Of a stretch of 32,000 bases of DNA, positions 1 through 9,198 are shown piece by piece. Every line of letters starts with the position of its first letter. The stretch's first letter is position 1. The position numbers and the translations under genes were made by a program. The notes under the pieces are model-generated. The model was given only the letters and a program-made list of their open reading frames with translations. It searched no databases and was not told where the DNA came from. Source of the stretch: Bacillota bacterium (GTDB lineage: Bacteria; Bacillota; Clostridia; TANB77; UBA1234). The stretch covers positions 44,183 through 76,182 of the forward strand of contig JAEEHF010000076.1 of assembly GCA_016280725.1 (NCBI GenBank), given 5' to 3'.

Positions 1-2057
1 CAAAAGTAAGTGGTGTAATATTGACACTTCCTTATGAAGTTCCTACTCGACCAGGTTATGCATTCTTGGGATGGAGTGATAATAGTCAAGCAACCAGTCC
101 AACATATATTGCAGGTGCAAACTATACTCAAGAAGGAGCAAACACTTTGTATGCAATATGGGGAACAAATTATACAGTAACATACAATTCTCCAAACTAT
201 GCATTTAGTGGTGGAGGAAATACAAATACAGTAACTTATTCAACATCACCAGACGAATCAGTTCCGGTAGAGACATTTACAAAATATTCTCATACAGCAA
301 ATATAAATGACGAAGGAACAGCTACAGGAACGTATGCAAATAACTTAAATACAAACAAAGTAATTACAATTCCAGGAGCCTCAACACTTCATGTTAAACT
401 TTATTATAGTACAGAAAGTGCTTCTTTTGACTGGGTTTGCGTATGGGCTGGTAATCATCCGGAATATACTGCATCTAGTAATTACTCAACAAGTAAATTA
501 GGAACAAATACAGGTTCAAGTGGCAAATTTGGTGGTGGCAAAGCTACTGCTTTTGCAAATGCAACTTTAATAGAAGGAGATATTGAAGGAGATTCTGTAA
601 CATTTGGATTTAAATCGGATTCAAGTAGTGCTTACTATGGCTATTATGCAATAGTAACTGGAGACGGCTATCCGGCAGATGCTTATAGAGTTTCTGGAAC
701 ATATAAAGAACCGATTCTGTCACCAGGATACAGTTTACTAGGTTGGAGCATGGATCCTAATGCGACTGTTCCAGACTATACAAATGAATATGAGATGGTA
801 TTAAGAAGTCCAGCTAATCGAACAGTGTATGCGGTTTTAAAATTTACACCATCGGCACCAACCATTGTTACACATCCAGAGAGCAAGATCGTCCCAATTG
901 GATCAAGTATTGGATTAAGCGTAGTGGCAACAGATGGAATACCAACACCAAATACATATCAGTGGCAAGTATCAACAGATGGAGGAAGTACATGGAATGA
1001 TTTAAGTGGTGAAATACTAGCTACCTACAATCCAAATATGACGGCCGATATGGATGGATATAAATATAGAGTATTATTGGGAAATTCTTATATAACCGGT
1101 TCGGATAGAGTTGTTTCTAACGTGGCAACTGTTCAATATGCAAGATATCAAAACACAGATACGGGATTATATTACGTGACACTTACCTCAGCAATGTCAG
1201 CAGTAGAAAGTAACCAGACAATTAAACCAATATTGATGAATATTACAGAAAAGTCTAATGCAACTTTGGCTTCGGGTAAAACAGGAGTTAGATTTGATAT
1301 AGCAGGAAGTACAATAACGTCAAGTAACTCAATCGCAAATGATGGTGAATTAGAGATACTTACATCAGTTCAAGGCGGAACTTTAGATTTACCTATTTCG
1401 AACGGAACGGGTACTATGTTAATTAGTAGCGGAACTATTAATAAAGCAGTTAGTACCAATACGGGTACATTAACTATTACAGGTGGAACTATTAATGCAA
1501 ATGTTGCTACTTCTGGTGGAACTATAAATATGAGTGGAGGAGAGATCAATTCATCCGGTCATGGTATTTCAACACATGATTTGTCACATAGTACAATTTA
1601 TCTTTCTGGTTCTGCACGAATAAATGCAACACAAGATGGTATACATATTGTTGATGATTCGGCTTTAGAAATGGATGGAAATGCTTATGTAAGTGGAGGA
1701 AGACATGGTATTTTTTCAAAAGGTTCTAGATTGACTATTAGAAGTGGAACGGTTGAATCAACGTCAACTGATTATTATGCAATAAATTATGATACGTCTG
1801 TAACAGGACAACTTATACTAGGTGTGAATGATTCGGTTGTTGACACAACAAATCCAATTGTAAGAGGAATTAATTGCCCTGGAATAAAGAGAAGATTGCT
1901 TGGTTCAGGAGTGAAATTTTATGATGGAATTATTCAAGGAAAAACTAAGGCGTTCGTTGGAGACACAAGTTTTAACTGGACAATAGCATCAGGATATAAA
2001 AAGTCTACAACAACTGTTGATGGTATACAAACGACAATATTAGTTCCAAATAGTTAG
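1..2057 (+). CDS. Large secreted/cell-surface repeat protein, 5' end outside the window. Contains Listeria-Bacteroides (InlB B-repeat type) modules, an Ig-like module and C-terminal beta-helix-like Gly/Thr/Ser repeats.
   Basis: The frame is open from nt 3, with no stop upstream of the listed TTG at 21. Stop TAG is at 2055-2057. There are two PGY(A/S)(F/L)LGWS...YA(I/V) repeat signatures, a YQWQVSTDGGSTWNDL...YKYRV Ig-like block, then GGTINxxxSGGxIN-type repeats. Two hairpins follow the stop. Confidence 0.75.
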   Translation, partial: KVSGVILTLPYEVPTRPGYAFLGWSDNSQATSPTYIAGANYTQEGANTLYAIWGTNYTVTYNSPNYAFSGGGNTNTVTYSTSPDESVPVETFTKYSHTANINDEGTATGTYANNLNTNKVITIPGASTLHVKLYYSTESASFDWVCVWAGNHPEYTASSNYSTSKLGTNTGSSGKFGGGKATAFANATLIEGDIEGDSVTFGFKSDSSSAYYGYYAIVTGDGYPADAYRVSGTYKEPILSPGYSLLGWSMDPNATVPDYTNEYEMVLRSPANRTVYAVLKFTPSAPTIVTHPESKIVPIGSSIGLSVVATDGIPTPNTYQWQVSTDGGSTWNDLSGEILATYNPNMTADMDGYKYRVLLGNSYITGSDRVVSNVATVQYARYQNTDTGLYYVTLTSAMSAVESNQTIKPILMNITEKSNATLASGKTGVRFDIAGSTITSSNSIANDGELEILTSVQGGTLDLPISNGTGTMLISSGTINKAVSTNTGTLTITGGTINANVATSGGTINMSGGEINSSGHGISTHDLSHSTIYLSGSARINATQDGIHIVDDSALEMDGNAYVSGGRHGIFSKGSRLTIRSGTVESTSTDYYAINYDTSVTGQLILGVNDSVVDTTNPIVRGINCPGIKRRLLGSGVKFYDGIIQGKTKAFVGDTSFNWTIASGYKKSTTTVDGIQTTILVPNS

Positions 2058-2070
2058 TTTAAAAATGTAA

Positions 2071-2120
2071 GGTTTTTGGGGACACGACGGTCAGACCTGG
2101 TCACCAGGTTTTTGGGGACA
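2071..2120 (+). repeat. Two direct copies of GGTTTTTGGGGACA (2071-2084, 2107-2120). The first extends to the 13-mer TTGGGGACACGAC (2076-2088), which recurs twice in the 25361-25424 hairpin.
   Basis: Read directly from the sequence. The 13-mer is identical at 2076-2088 and 25368-25380, and present as a reverse complement at 25406-25418. Confidence 0.8.
2093..2113 (+). terminator. Small hairpin (ACCTGG-TCA-CCAGGT) followed by a T5 run
   Basis: 6-bp perfect stem at 2095-2100 / 2104-2109, followed by TTTTT. It lies about 40 nt after the stop of the surface protein gene. Confidence 0.5.
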
Positions 2121-2153
2121 GGTCAAGTGTCTGAGTTGAAGATAAAAAGCCCT

Positions 2154-2190
2154 CACTTCTTAAGAGAAATCTTAAGAAGTGGGGGTTTCG
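2154..2190 (+). terminator. Hairpin terminator (CACTTCTTAAGA-GAAA-TCTTAAGAAGTG)
   Basis: 12-bp perfect stem at 2154-2165 / 2170-2181 with a GAAA loop. It is flanked by CCC/GGGG and followed by a T-rich stretch. Confidence 0.6.
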
Positions 2191-2296
2191 AATTTTAGGG
2201 AAGCTCCTTGAATTACCACTTTTTACTATGTTTTACTATCTTTTACCAAATCACTTTACCTGGCATATAAAAGTAAATAATATTACACTATAATTA

Positions 2297-2325
2297 TTGA
2301 CCATATATGCCTTTAAAGGTATAAT
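2297..2325 (+). promoter_or_regulatory. Sigma-A type promoter of the toxin-antitoxin operon (TTGACC - 17 bp - TATAAT)
   Basis: -35 TTGACC at 2297-2302, a 17-nt spacer, and -10 TATAAT at 2320-2325. It lies inside the 5' end of the listed ORF 2297-2716, which argues for a downstream start codon. Confidence 0.6.
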
Positions 2326-2347
2326 TAATGGAGAAAGAGGTACAATT

Positions 2348-2716
2348 TTGTTTAGAATAATTGTATATTCAGATCATAAAGGAGATAGTGAAATAAAAGA
2401 TTACTTACAACAATTAAATAATGTAGAAAGCAAAGAAAATCGATTAAGACTAAAGAAAATAACGTCATACATTCATGCTTTAGAAGAAAAAGGATTTGCA
2501 TTAAAGGAACCACATATAAAAAAGATAGATGGAGATATTTGGGAACTAAGACCATTAAATGATAGGTTTCTCTTTGCAAGTTGTTACAAGGATAGCATAG
2601 TTCTATTATCTCATTTTATAAAGAAAACAAATAAGACTCCAAGAGCAGAGATTAATAAAGCAAATATATTGTTAGAAGATTTTAAAGAAAGGTGGAACAA
2701 AATTGAAAAGAAATAG
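2348..2716 (+). CDS. Type II toxin, Gp49/HigB-like (RelE/ParE superfamily, phage-derived Gp49-like)
   Basis: The protein has the typical Gp49-like signature ...KKIDGDIWELRPLNDRFLF...IVLLSHFIKKTNKTPRAEI. Size is about 120 aa. The toxin gene lies upstream of and overlaps an XRE-HTH gene. Start chosen is TTG 2348, 7 nt after the GAGAAAGAGG SD. The listed ORF starts at 2297 but overlaps the promoter. Confidence 0.7.
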   Translation: MFRIIVYSDHKGDSEIKDYLQQLNNVESKENRLRLKKITSYIHALEEKGFALKEPHIKKIDGDIWELRPLNDRFLFASCYKDSIVLLSHFIKKTNKTPRAEINKANILLEDFKERWNKIEKK

Positions 2717-3002
2717 GCCATATATAGAATGGAAAGATATAGAAAAAGAATTAAAATTTACTCCAGAAGAAGAGGCTGAAATAGAACTCGAAAAACAAAT
2801 AATAGAAGCGACAATTACAGCAAGAAAAGAGGCAAAATTAACGCAAAAAGAACTTAGTGAAAAAAGTGGAATAATCCAGCCAAGTATTGCTAAAATAGAA
2901 ACACGTGTAAGATCCCCACAAGTAACGACTTTGATTCGATTATTGTATCCGATGGGATACACTTTGAAAGTAGTTCCTATAAAAACCTCAAATAGAAAAT
3001 AG
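2703..3002 (+). CDS. XRE-family helix-turn-helix antitoxin (HigA-like)
   Basis: HTH core RKEAKLTQKELSEKSGIIQPSIAKIE. 99 aa. It overlaps the toxin stop by 14 nt, and an SD (AAAGGTGGA) lies just upstream of TTG 2703. Confidence 0.7.
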   Translation: MKRNRPYIEWKDIEKELKFTPEEEAEIELEKQIIEATITARKEAKLTQKELSEKSGIIQPSIAKIETRVRSPQVTTLIRLLYPMGYTLKVVPIKTSNRK

Positions 3003-3087
3003 TACATGGTAATTTAAACTTACTATTTATTGTATTTGATAATCGATATGCTATAATGTTAATATACGATAGATAAAGGAGATTATT

Positions 3088-3585
3088 ATGAATAAAAAAA
3101 TTGCAATACTAGTTGTTGTTATATTAATTATTTTATTGATTATAGGAATAGTTTTAATATGTAAGCCTAAGGCACCATCAGAAACACCTCATAATGGTAA
3201 TATACCTTATGGAGAAAGTGGAGAAGCAACAGTTACTGATATATATAGCAGGCCAGAAGATTTTGCCGAAAAAATAGCAAATATTAGCGGAGATAGCATT
3301 AAAGCACCAGAAGGAATGGAAGTATCTGATGTCAATATATACAAGATAAATGACCAATTCTCACTATTATCATTTAAGTTAGGAAATAATAGCGGTGACA
3401 CAATTAAAAGGGATGCAGTATTAAAGATTTCATTCTTAAATGAAAAAGGCGATCCATTTTGTATAATTGGAGGTCAAATTGAGCAAGATAGTGATTTTGT
3501 TTCTGGCGATTCAGCAGTTGTTAAAACCCAATTCTTAGATAGTTTTGAAGATTATAGTGCAATAGTAGTCGAAGTTGAAAAATAA
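3088..3585 (+). CDS. Hypothetical membrane-anchored protein (N-terminal TM helix, extracytoplasmic domain)
   Basis: An AAAGGAG SD lies 6 nt upstream of the ATG. The N-terminus KKIAILVVVILIILLIIGIVLI is a signal anchor. A TGcTATAAT extended -10 is at 3049-3057. I recognised no family. Confidence 0.6.
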   Translation: MNKKIAILVVVILIILLIIGIVLICKPKAPSETPHNGNIPYGESGEATVTDIYSRPEDFAEKIANISGDSIKAPEGMEVSDVNIYKINDQFSLLSFKLGNNSGDTIKRDAVLKISFLNEKGDPFCIIGGQIEQDSDFVSGDSAVVKTQFLDSFEDYSAIVVEVEK

Positions 3586-3593
3586 TATAAAAC

Positions 3594-3625
3594 CCTGCTA
3601 ACATGTTATTAGCAGGTTTTTTTTT
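3594..3625. terminator. Bidirectional hairpin terminator between convergent genes
   Basis: CCTGCTAA (3594-3601) pairs with TTAGCAGG (3609-3616), followed by a T9 run. An A-rich stretch on the other side serves the minus-strand permease gene. Confidence 0.75.
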
Positions 3626-5849
3626 ATCCAATTGAATTTAAAATATTTTCAGTAAGTATACTCATAATTAGAAGTATTATGACTGAAAAATCAAACACGT
3701 AATCATAGAATAAAAATAAGTAACGATATTTAAATTGATTGTCGCAAGATTTTTGTAAAAATGGGATGCGTCTCCATTTTTTTTCTTTTGTAACCTTTGA
3801 AACAAAGATTATTGCAAAGACTAATCCAACAATCATTGCTATCATAAGTAGTAAAGAGATAATTGCTTCGCATGGAATTGGAATACCCAAATAAGGCATT
3901 TTAATAGTTGTATTTGCTAGAATTAATGTTAGTGCCGCAACGCCATTGTTAATAAAGTGAATAAGCATGCTGATTTTTATATCTTTTGTGTAATAATATA
4001 TTGACCCAAAAACGAGACCAATCGTAAATGCAAAAAGACTTTGTGATAAATTCATGTGCATAAGTCCAAATAGTATTGATGAAAATATGATTGCAAATGA
4101 TGCACCATAAGGTTTTAGTAAGTCGATAAGGGATTTCCTAAAGAATAATTCCTCAAAAATAGCAGGAACGATAGCCAATGTAAATAGTACTAAAAACTTT
4201 GCAAATGGTGTATCCATATGTGTAAAATCAATTGTATTCAACACATCATAATCTATTCCGAAAAGTCTAAAAACAAAAAGCGTAAAGAAGATTTGGACTA
4301 TATATATTATTGCAACAGAGATTATTAACATTCTAGGCCTAGAAATATATAGCTTTTTTGTTGTATTGGAAGAATCCTTTTTTATATATAGTTTTACGAA
4401 TAGCAATGCTGGAACAATTGAAAAGATTTGAGCAATTAATTGCAATAGCATGGCTTGTTCTGTTTCATTAAAATTTGAAAGTATTGTGTCTACAAATATT
4501 TCGCCTAGGACTGAGGCAATTGTTTGCATTCCAACATAAATAACTATTGCTGTGCCAATTATAAAGCCTAAATGTTTAAAATCTCTTTTTTGCAATATAT
4601 AAGATTTTTCTATATGCTCATCATTTGATTTCTTAACTTTTTTATAATCTAGAAGGCCATCTTTAAAAAACTTTGCACATTTTCTAAAAGCTGTTGGGAT
4701 AAGCCAAACAAGTAGTACAAGAGATAAAATTAATGTAATAATATTTGCCTGATTAATAATCATAAACGTTGGCATAAAAAAGCCAGACAAAATTGGAAGA
4801 GTAGACAATATATGTAATACCGGCGATATTTTTTGGTATGGGCTAATCGTAGTCGTAAATATAAATAGTAAGCTTGTTATAAACGTAATTATTGAAACTG
4901 AGTTTCCGGCTTCAGTACTTGAAGATGTTCTTGCCGCAAGTGTTGCTTGTACTATAGATAATAGAATTAAGTTTAATATATTAAAGAATATTAGTGTAAA
5001 CAAATACATAATGATTTGAACAGTAATTCCTGAAGTGCTAAAACCTCCAGAAATCGAAATATCTGTAGTGGAAATCTTAGAAATGCCCAAAATTCCGGCC
5101 GATACTAAGTAATAGCAAACTATTAAAAATCCCTGAACAAATAATATAAAAGCATGACTAAGCACTTTTGAAAGCAGGTAATCTTTCGCCGAAACGGCCG
5201 TGAGAATGTATTCTGAAGATTTTGATTGCTTTTCCTGTGATACTTCGGATGCAATCCTACTAAATACAATTACATATAAAAAGTATGGAATGGCAGCCGA
5301 TAGTAAAATTAGCATTTGCTTTGTTTGAGCATTTTCACTATCTACAGATAGCATAGTTCGTTCTATTTTTAATTCACTTTGAATTAATTCGATTGTTTCG
5401 ATATCGATATCATATTTTTCTTCAAAAAGTTTGTTTCTAGCATTTAGTAAAGAAGCTGTGATTTTTGAAACAATGTCATTTAAAATTCCTTCTCTGGAAA
5501 CAAGTTCGGTCTTAAATACTTGTTCTTCATCATCAGAGATGTTTAAAATGATGTCATATTTATCAATTGTGTCGGCATCATATTTATAATCGTCATTTAC
5601 AAGAATTTTAAACTGGTCGCCACTTTCTAAGTCTTTAGTTAATGTAGATGAAACGTAATCATTTTTATCATTAATGTGTAAGATAAACGGTTTTTTGGAA
5701 TCGCTATCAAAAATTGTTTGAAGATTTGAAAAGTTTATTCCAAGAATTAAGCTGATAAACAGTAAAACATTAAACAGTGCAAACCATTTATTTGTAAAGT
5801 ATTTAGCGATTGAAAACTTGAACAGTTCTTTAAATTTCGTCTTGTTCAT
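3624..5849 (-). CDS. Fusion membrane protein: ABC-2 type exporter permease (N-terminal about 400 aa) plus a CPBP/CAAX-type intramembrane metalloprotease domain (C-terminal)
   Basis: 741 aa and polytopic. The C-terminal part carries CPBP motifs: FEELFFR (EExxxR), FGLMHMN and HFINN. The gene overlaps the stop of the upstream ABC ATPase gene by 20 nt. Confidence 0.75.
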   Translation of the reverse strand: MNKTKFKELFKFSIAKYFTNKWFALFNVLLFISLILGINFSNLQTIFDSDSKKPFILHINDKNDYVSSTLTKDLESGDQFKILVNDDYKYDADTIDKYDIILNISDDEEQVFKTELVSREGILNDIVSKITASLLNARNKLFEEKYDIDIETIELIQSELKIERTMLSVDSENAQTKQMLILLSAAIPYFLYVIVFSRIASEVSQEKQSKSSEYILTAVSAKDYLLSKVLSHAFILFVQGFLIVCYYLVSAGILGISKISTTDISISGGFSTSGITVQIIMYLFTLIFFNILNLILLSIVQATLAARTSSSTEAGNSVSIITFITSLLFIFTTTISPYQKISPVLHILSTLPILSGFFMPTFMIINQANIITLILSLVLLVWLIPTAFRKCAKFFKDGLLDYKKVKKSNDEHIEKSYILQKRDFKHLGFIIGTAIVIYVGMQTIASVLGEIFVDTILSNFNETEQAMLLQLIAQIFSIVPALLFVKLYIKKDSSNTTKKLYISRPRMLIISVAIIYIVQIFFTLFVFRLFGIDYDVLNTIDFTHMDTPFAKFLVLFTLAIVPAIFEELFFRKSLIDLLKPYGASFAIIFSSILFGLMHMNLSQSLFAFTIGLVFGSIYYYTKDIKISMLIHFINNGVAALTLILANTTIKMPYLGIPIPCEAIISLLLMIAMIVGLVFAIIFVSKVTKEKKWRRIPFLQKSCDNQFKYRYLFLFYDYVFDFSVIILLIMSILTENILNSIG

Positions 5850-6586
5850 TTGTACCTCCTACTTTATCCACAAAAATGTCATTTAAGTTTTGGGCAATAC
5901 TTCCATCTGAAAGCACATAATTTGAAGATAATTCTTTAAGGTTTCCATATACCAAGGCATTTCCTTTGTTTAATATAAGGATATCATCGCACAAGGTTTC
6001 AACGTGACTCATAATGTGCGAAGAAAAAATAATGGTTTTTCCCTGAGATTTTAATTTCAAAATGGCTTTTTCTAGCTCTTCAACGCTAAGCGGGTCAAGA
6101 CCAGAAAATGGTTCATCTAAAATAATAAACTCGGGATCATGTAAAATAGAAATAATAAACTGTATTTTTTGACGATTTCCTTTTGATAGGTTTTTAACTT
6201 TCATATCAAAATACTCTTCCATATTAAATTCTTTAAGAAGTTGAGATAGGCGCTCTCTTGCCTGCTCTTTTGGCATTAATTTAAGAGCACCATAATACTC
6301 GCTTATATCTAAAACAGTATTTTGCATCAAAAGGCTTCCTTCTTCAGGAAGATATCCAAATTTATCTAATGTTTCTTCAGTAATTGATGCATTATTATAT
6401 GTAATTGTTCCGAGAAGTTGGCTCTATAAGACCAAGAATTGTTCTAAAAATAGTAGACTTTCCTGCACCATTTCTTCCGACGATTCCTAGTACTTTGCCA
6501 TTTTCTATTTTGAAGCTAACGTCATTAACGGCGACAACTCTTTCAAAATTTTTAGTAAGATGTTTAACCTCTAACATATTTGCCAC
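5830..6586 (-). CDS. ABC transporter ATP-binding protein, interrupted by a +1 frameshift at an in-frame CGG (6410-6412). Automated pipelines would call it a pseudogene.
   Basis: The N-terminal ORF 6395-6586 has Walker A GRNGAGKST. The C-terminal ORF 5830-6330 has LSKGNRQK, ILDEPFSGLD and SSHIM. Skipping the C of CGG gives the continuous sequence ...GLIEPTSGTITYNNASITEETLDKFGYLPEEGSLLMQNTVLD..., which I checked codon by codon. Confidence 0.85.
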
Positions 6587-6730
6587 TCCTTTTATCTAAT
6601 TATATAGAATTTTATGCATGTAATAAAGTGTTCTGTAACAAAAGTGTTAAATTTATGTTAAAGACGAAAAGAGTTGAATTATCATATGGTATAATTTAAT
6701 GGATAATAATGACATTTTGGAGGAATGAAA

Positions 6731-7234
6731 ATGAAAGAAACAATAAAAACGATTGTTGTTTTTGTTTTAGTTATATTAGCTGCAGTATTTGTAACTACCA
6801 CAAAAGGTAGTGACACTATGAATTGGAAATTCGACTTTAATGTCAATACAGAAGAACAGTTTGCTTATGCAATTGACACAAAAGATAGTCTAAATGGAGA
6901 ATATAAAAGACTTACTGGCGATTATAAATATATAATGGTAGGAAAAAATCCTGACTCAAAGACATATAGAGTATATTTCATTCAAGTAGGCTCTGCTGTT
7001 TTTGGAACATCTGTTAAAAATATAGTATTAAGATTAGATAATTTAACACTTGATGGAAACAATACAGGTAGGTTTAAAACAGCAAATAACCAGAATATGA
7101 AAATAACATTTACAGGTCAAGCAGCAATGGTTACTTCAGATATGAGCCTTGGTGATGCAAGTATCGAAGGGCATTATCAATGGCAAAAGAATATTAGCGA
7201 ATTTAGTTTGTCACAGTTCCAAATTTTTAAATAA
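6731..7234 (+). CDS. Hypothetical secreted/membrane-anchored protein
   Basis: A GGAGGA SD precedes the gene, and the second ATG (6731) has proper spacing. The N-terminal hydrophobic segment is IKTIVVFVLVILAAVFV. I recognised no family. Confidence 0.55.
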   Translation: MKETIKTIVVFVLVILAAVFVTTTKGSDTMNWKFDFNVNTEEQFAYAIDTKDSLNGEYKRLTGDYKYIMVGKNPDSKTYRVYFIQVGSAVFGTSVKNIVLRLDNLTLDGNNTGRFKTANNQNMKITFTGQAAMVTSDMSLGDASIEGHYQWQKNISEFSLSQFQIFK

Positions 7235-7248
7235 AATATGTAATTTAT

Positions 7249-7272
7249 ATGGCGCGTCATGCGCCATTTTTT
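7249..7272 (+). terminator. Rho-independent terminator (ATGGCGC-GTCAT-GCGCCAT + T6)
   Basis: 7-bp perfect GC-rich stem followed by TTTTTT. It overlaps the listed start (7259) of the next ORF, so that ORF most likely starts at 7304. Confidence 0.8.
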
Positions 7273-7303
7273 ATATATAGCAAAAGATAGGAGGTGTTTT
7301 ACA

Positions 7304-8983
7304 ATGAATAGTTCAAAAGCAGAGCTACTTAAATCGATGGAAGGCATTGATGATTCAATACGTTTGAAATCAGATGAAGAAACATTTCAAGTGATGTCAA
7401 AGAAGCTAGGAGAATTAAGCAAATACGCCGATGAAATATCAAAGGTATATTTTAGTTCTAGGCAATTGATGTGTTTAACTAACTTTTTTGAACTTCTTGA
7501 TCAATTCAGCTTTTTTGATGCATATAACGAATTATATGATTTTATACACAATTATGGGGAAAAAGTTAATGAAACAATAAGCATAGGAGAATTTGATATT
7601 TTCAAATATCAAATAGACAGACTTCAATATCGATTAAAAGAAAAAAAGTATTATTCGGAAAATTCTGGTATTTCTATAGCAGAAATGGATAGAAAAGTTG
7701 ATTTAGAAAACACAAGAAAATCAATGGGAAACAGTTTTGGTACTGGCTATGAAGCAGTCATTGATAGAATTGGACTAATTGAAGGCAAAATAGATTGTAA
7801 TGATAGTAATGAAACACGTGAAATTATTGTAAATAACGCTAAAGAAGCGCTTGTGATTTTAGAAAAATGTCAGACAAATAGTGACTCTCAGGTTGCTAAT
7901 CAAAATATTTGTTTTTATAGAGAACAAATAGGTTGCCTAAACTATGTTTTGTATTTTATTGATACACAGCAGATTAATAAGGCATACTTAAAATTAAAAG
8001 AGTTTTTAGGATATTTTCAAAGAAAAATAGTTGAGAGTGACCCTAATTGGCTAACAAGAAAAAGTAGTTTGCATGCAACAGAAAGAGACCTATTATGGTA
8101 CTTATTTGAAAGAATTATTACTAAGGTTTCAGAGTGTAAAAACTTAGAATCATTTAAGAATAAGCTTGCAAAAGCGAGAATGGAAAACATAAGAATTAAT
8201 ATAGATAATGCAAATAAATATTTGCAAGCAGAACAACCTGTTAGTGGTGAATGGTGTGATGAAAAAGTATATCAACTATTTAGACAAAAAACAAAGCAGA
8301 ATTTACTAAGTGCGGTAATAAATAAGGACATTACATTTGAAACAGCGATTAAAAACGAAGAATATGATTATATAGTAGATTTCATTATAAATAAGGATGA
8401 AAATGGAGTTAAGACAATATTTAGCACACCAGAATTTAGTGACGAATCAGAGATTCTTTATTCAGCACCCGAAGAACTATCAGCTACATTGTCACAGTTT
8501 TTAGAGCAAAAGCAATTTAAATTTAATGATGATATTATTAAAAAGTATCCTAAAGAAACAAATCTTTCTTTGCTATATAGATGTATATCGATTAAAGATC
8601 TTGGAAAAATGCTAAATGAAATCATTTGTGTAGATAATTATGAAAGTATGAAAGCGGAAAAAAATATAGATTTTGATTTAATAGCAAATAGAATTAGACT
8701 TGCATACGATTTCATATGCAATTTATATCCCTCATTAAATCCAGCTATAAGGGATAATACGAGCAGTGGCAATCCATATTCTGATGAACCAGACACAGAG
8801 GCTCCAGTTCAAGTGGATACAGAACTAGCTAATTATTATAACGATTTAAGTAGTGGAAATTATGAAGTTGCATACGAAAAAATAAAAGAATTTGTAACAT
8901 CTTATCTAGATGGAGCAAATAAATATGCTGCAAAATACTTCATGAGCATGGCAAAAAGTTATATTAATGCTTATAAAAAATAA
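7304..8983 (+). CDS. Hypothetical protein, about 560 aa, predicted mostly helical, no recognisable domain
   Basis: ATG 7304 lies 9 nt after an AGGAGG SD. A long ORF with typical coding composition. Confidence 0.6.
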   Translation: MNSSKAELLKSMEGIDDSIRLKSDEETFQVMSKKLGELSKYADEISKVYFSSRQLMCLTNFFELLDQFSFFDAYNELYDFIHNYGEKVNETISIGEFDIFKYQIDRLQYRLKEKKYYSENSGISIAEMDRKVDLENTRKSMGNSFGTGYEAVIDRIGLIEGKIDCNDSNETREIIVNNAKEALVILEKCQTNSDSQVANQNICFYREQIGCLNYVLYFIDTQQINKAYLKLKEFLGYFQRKIVESDPNWLTRKSSLHATERDLLWYLFERIITKVSECKNLESFKNKLAKARMENIRINIDNANKYLQAEQPVSGEWCDEKVYQLFRQKTKQNLLSAVINKDITFETAIKNEEYDYIVDFIINKDENGVKTIFSTPEFSDESEILYSAPEELSATLSQFLEQKQFKFNDDIIKKYPKETNLSLLYRCISIKDLGKMLNEIICVDNYESMKAEKNIDFDLIANRIRLAYDFICNLYPSLNPAIRDNTSSGNPYSDEPDTEAPVQVDTELANYYNDLSSGNYEVAYEKIKEFVTSYLDGANKYAAKYFMSMAKSYINAYKK

Positions 8984-9155
8984 AGCTTTGGGTTTATGGG
9001 GCGTCTTTATTGGGACGCTCCTCTTTTTTTCGAATTTCAGTAACATTCGTCTTTTTTCGAGATTAACTGCGTGCAAATAGGTAGAATACTCGCAAATTTG
9101 GGGTAAAACTGCCAGATGAAGTCAGAATTTATAAAAGTAAATGTTTCAAATTGTG

Positions 9156-9184
9156 TTGACAAAACAAGCAGTGTGGTTTATTAT
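9156..9184 (+). promoter_or_regulatory. Sigma-A type promoter for the tRNA gene (TTGACA - 17 bp - TATTAT)
   Basis: -35 TTGACA at 9156-9161 and -10 TATTAT at 9179-9184. The tRNA starts 15 nt downstream. Confidence 0.6.
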
Positions 9185-9198
9185 AATTAACGTGTCAC

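Noticed and set aside
2071-2120. Possible CRISPR-like repeats (GGTTTTTGGGGACA x2, 36-nt period)
   Set aside because: There are only two 14-nt copies. There is no array and there are no cas genes. The interval contains an ordinary hairpin terminator.
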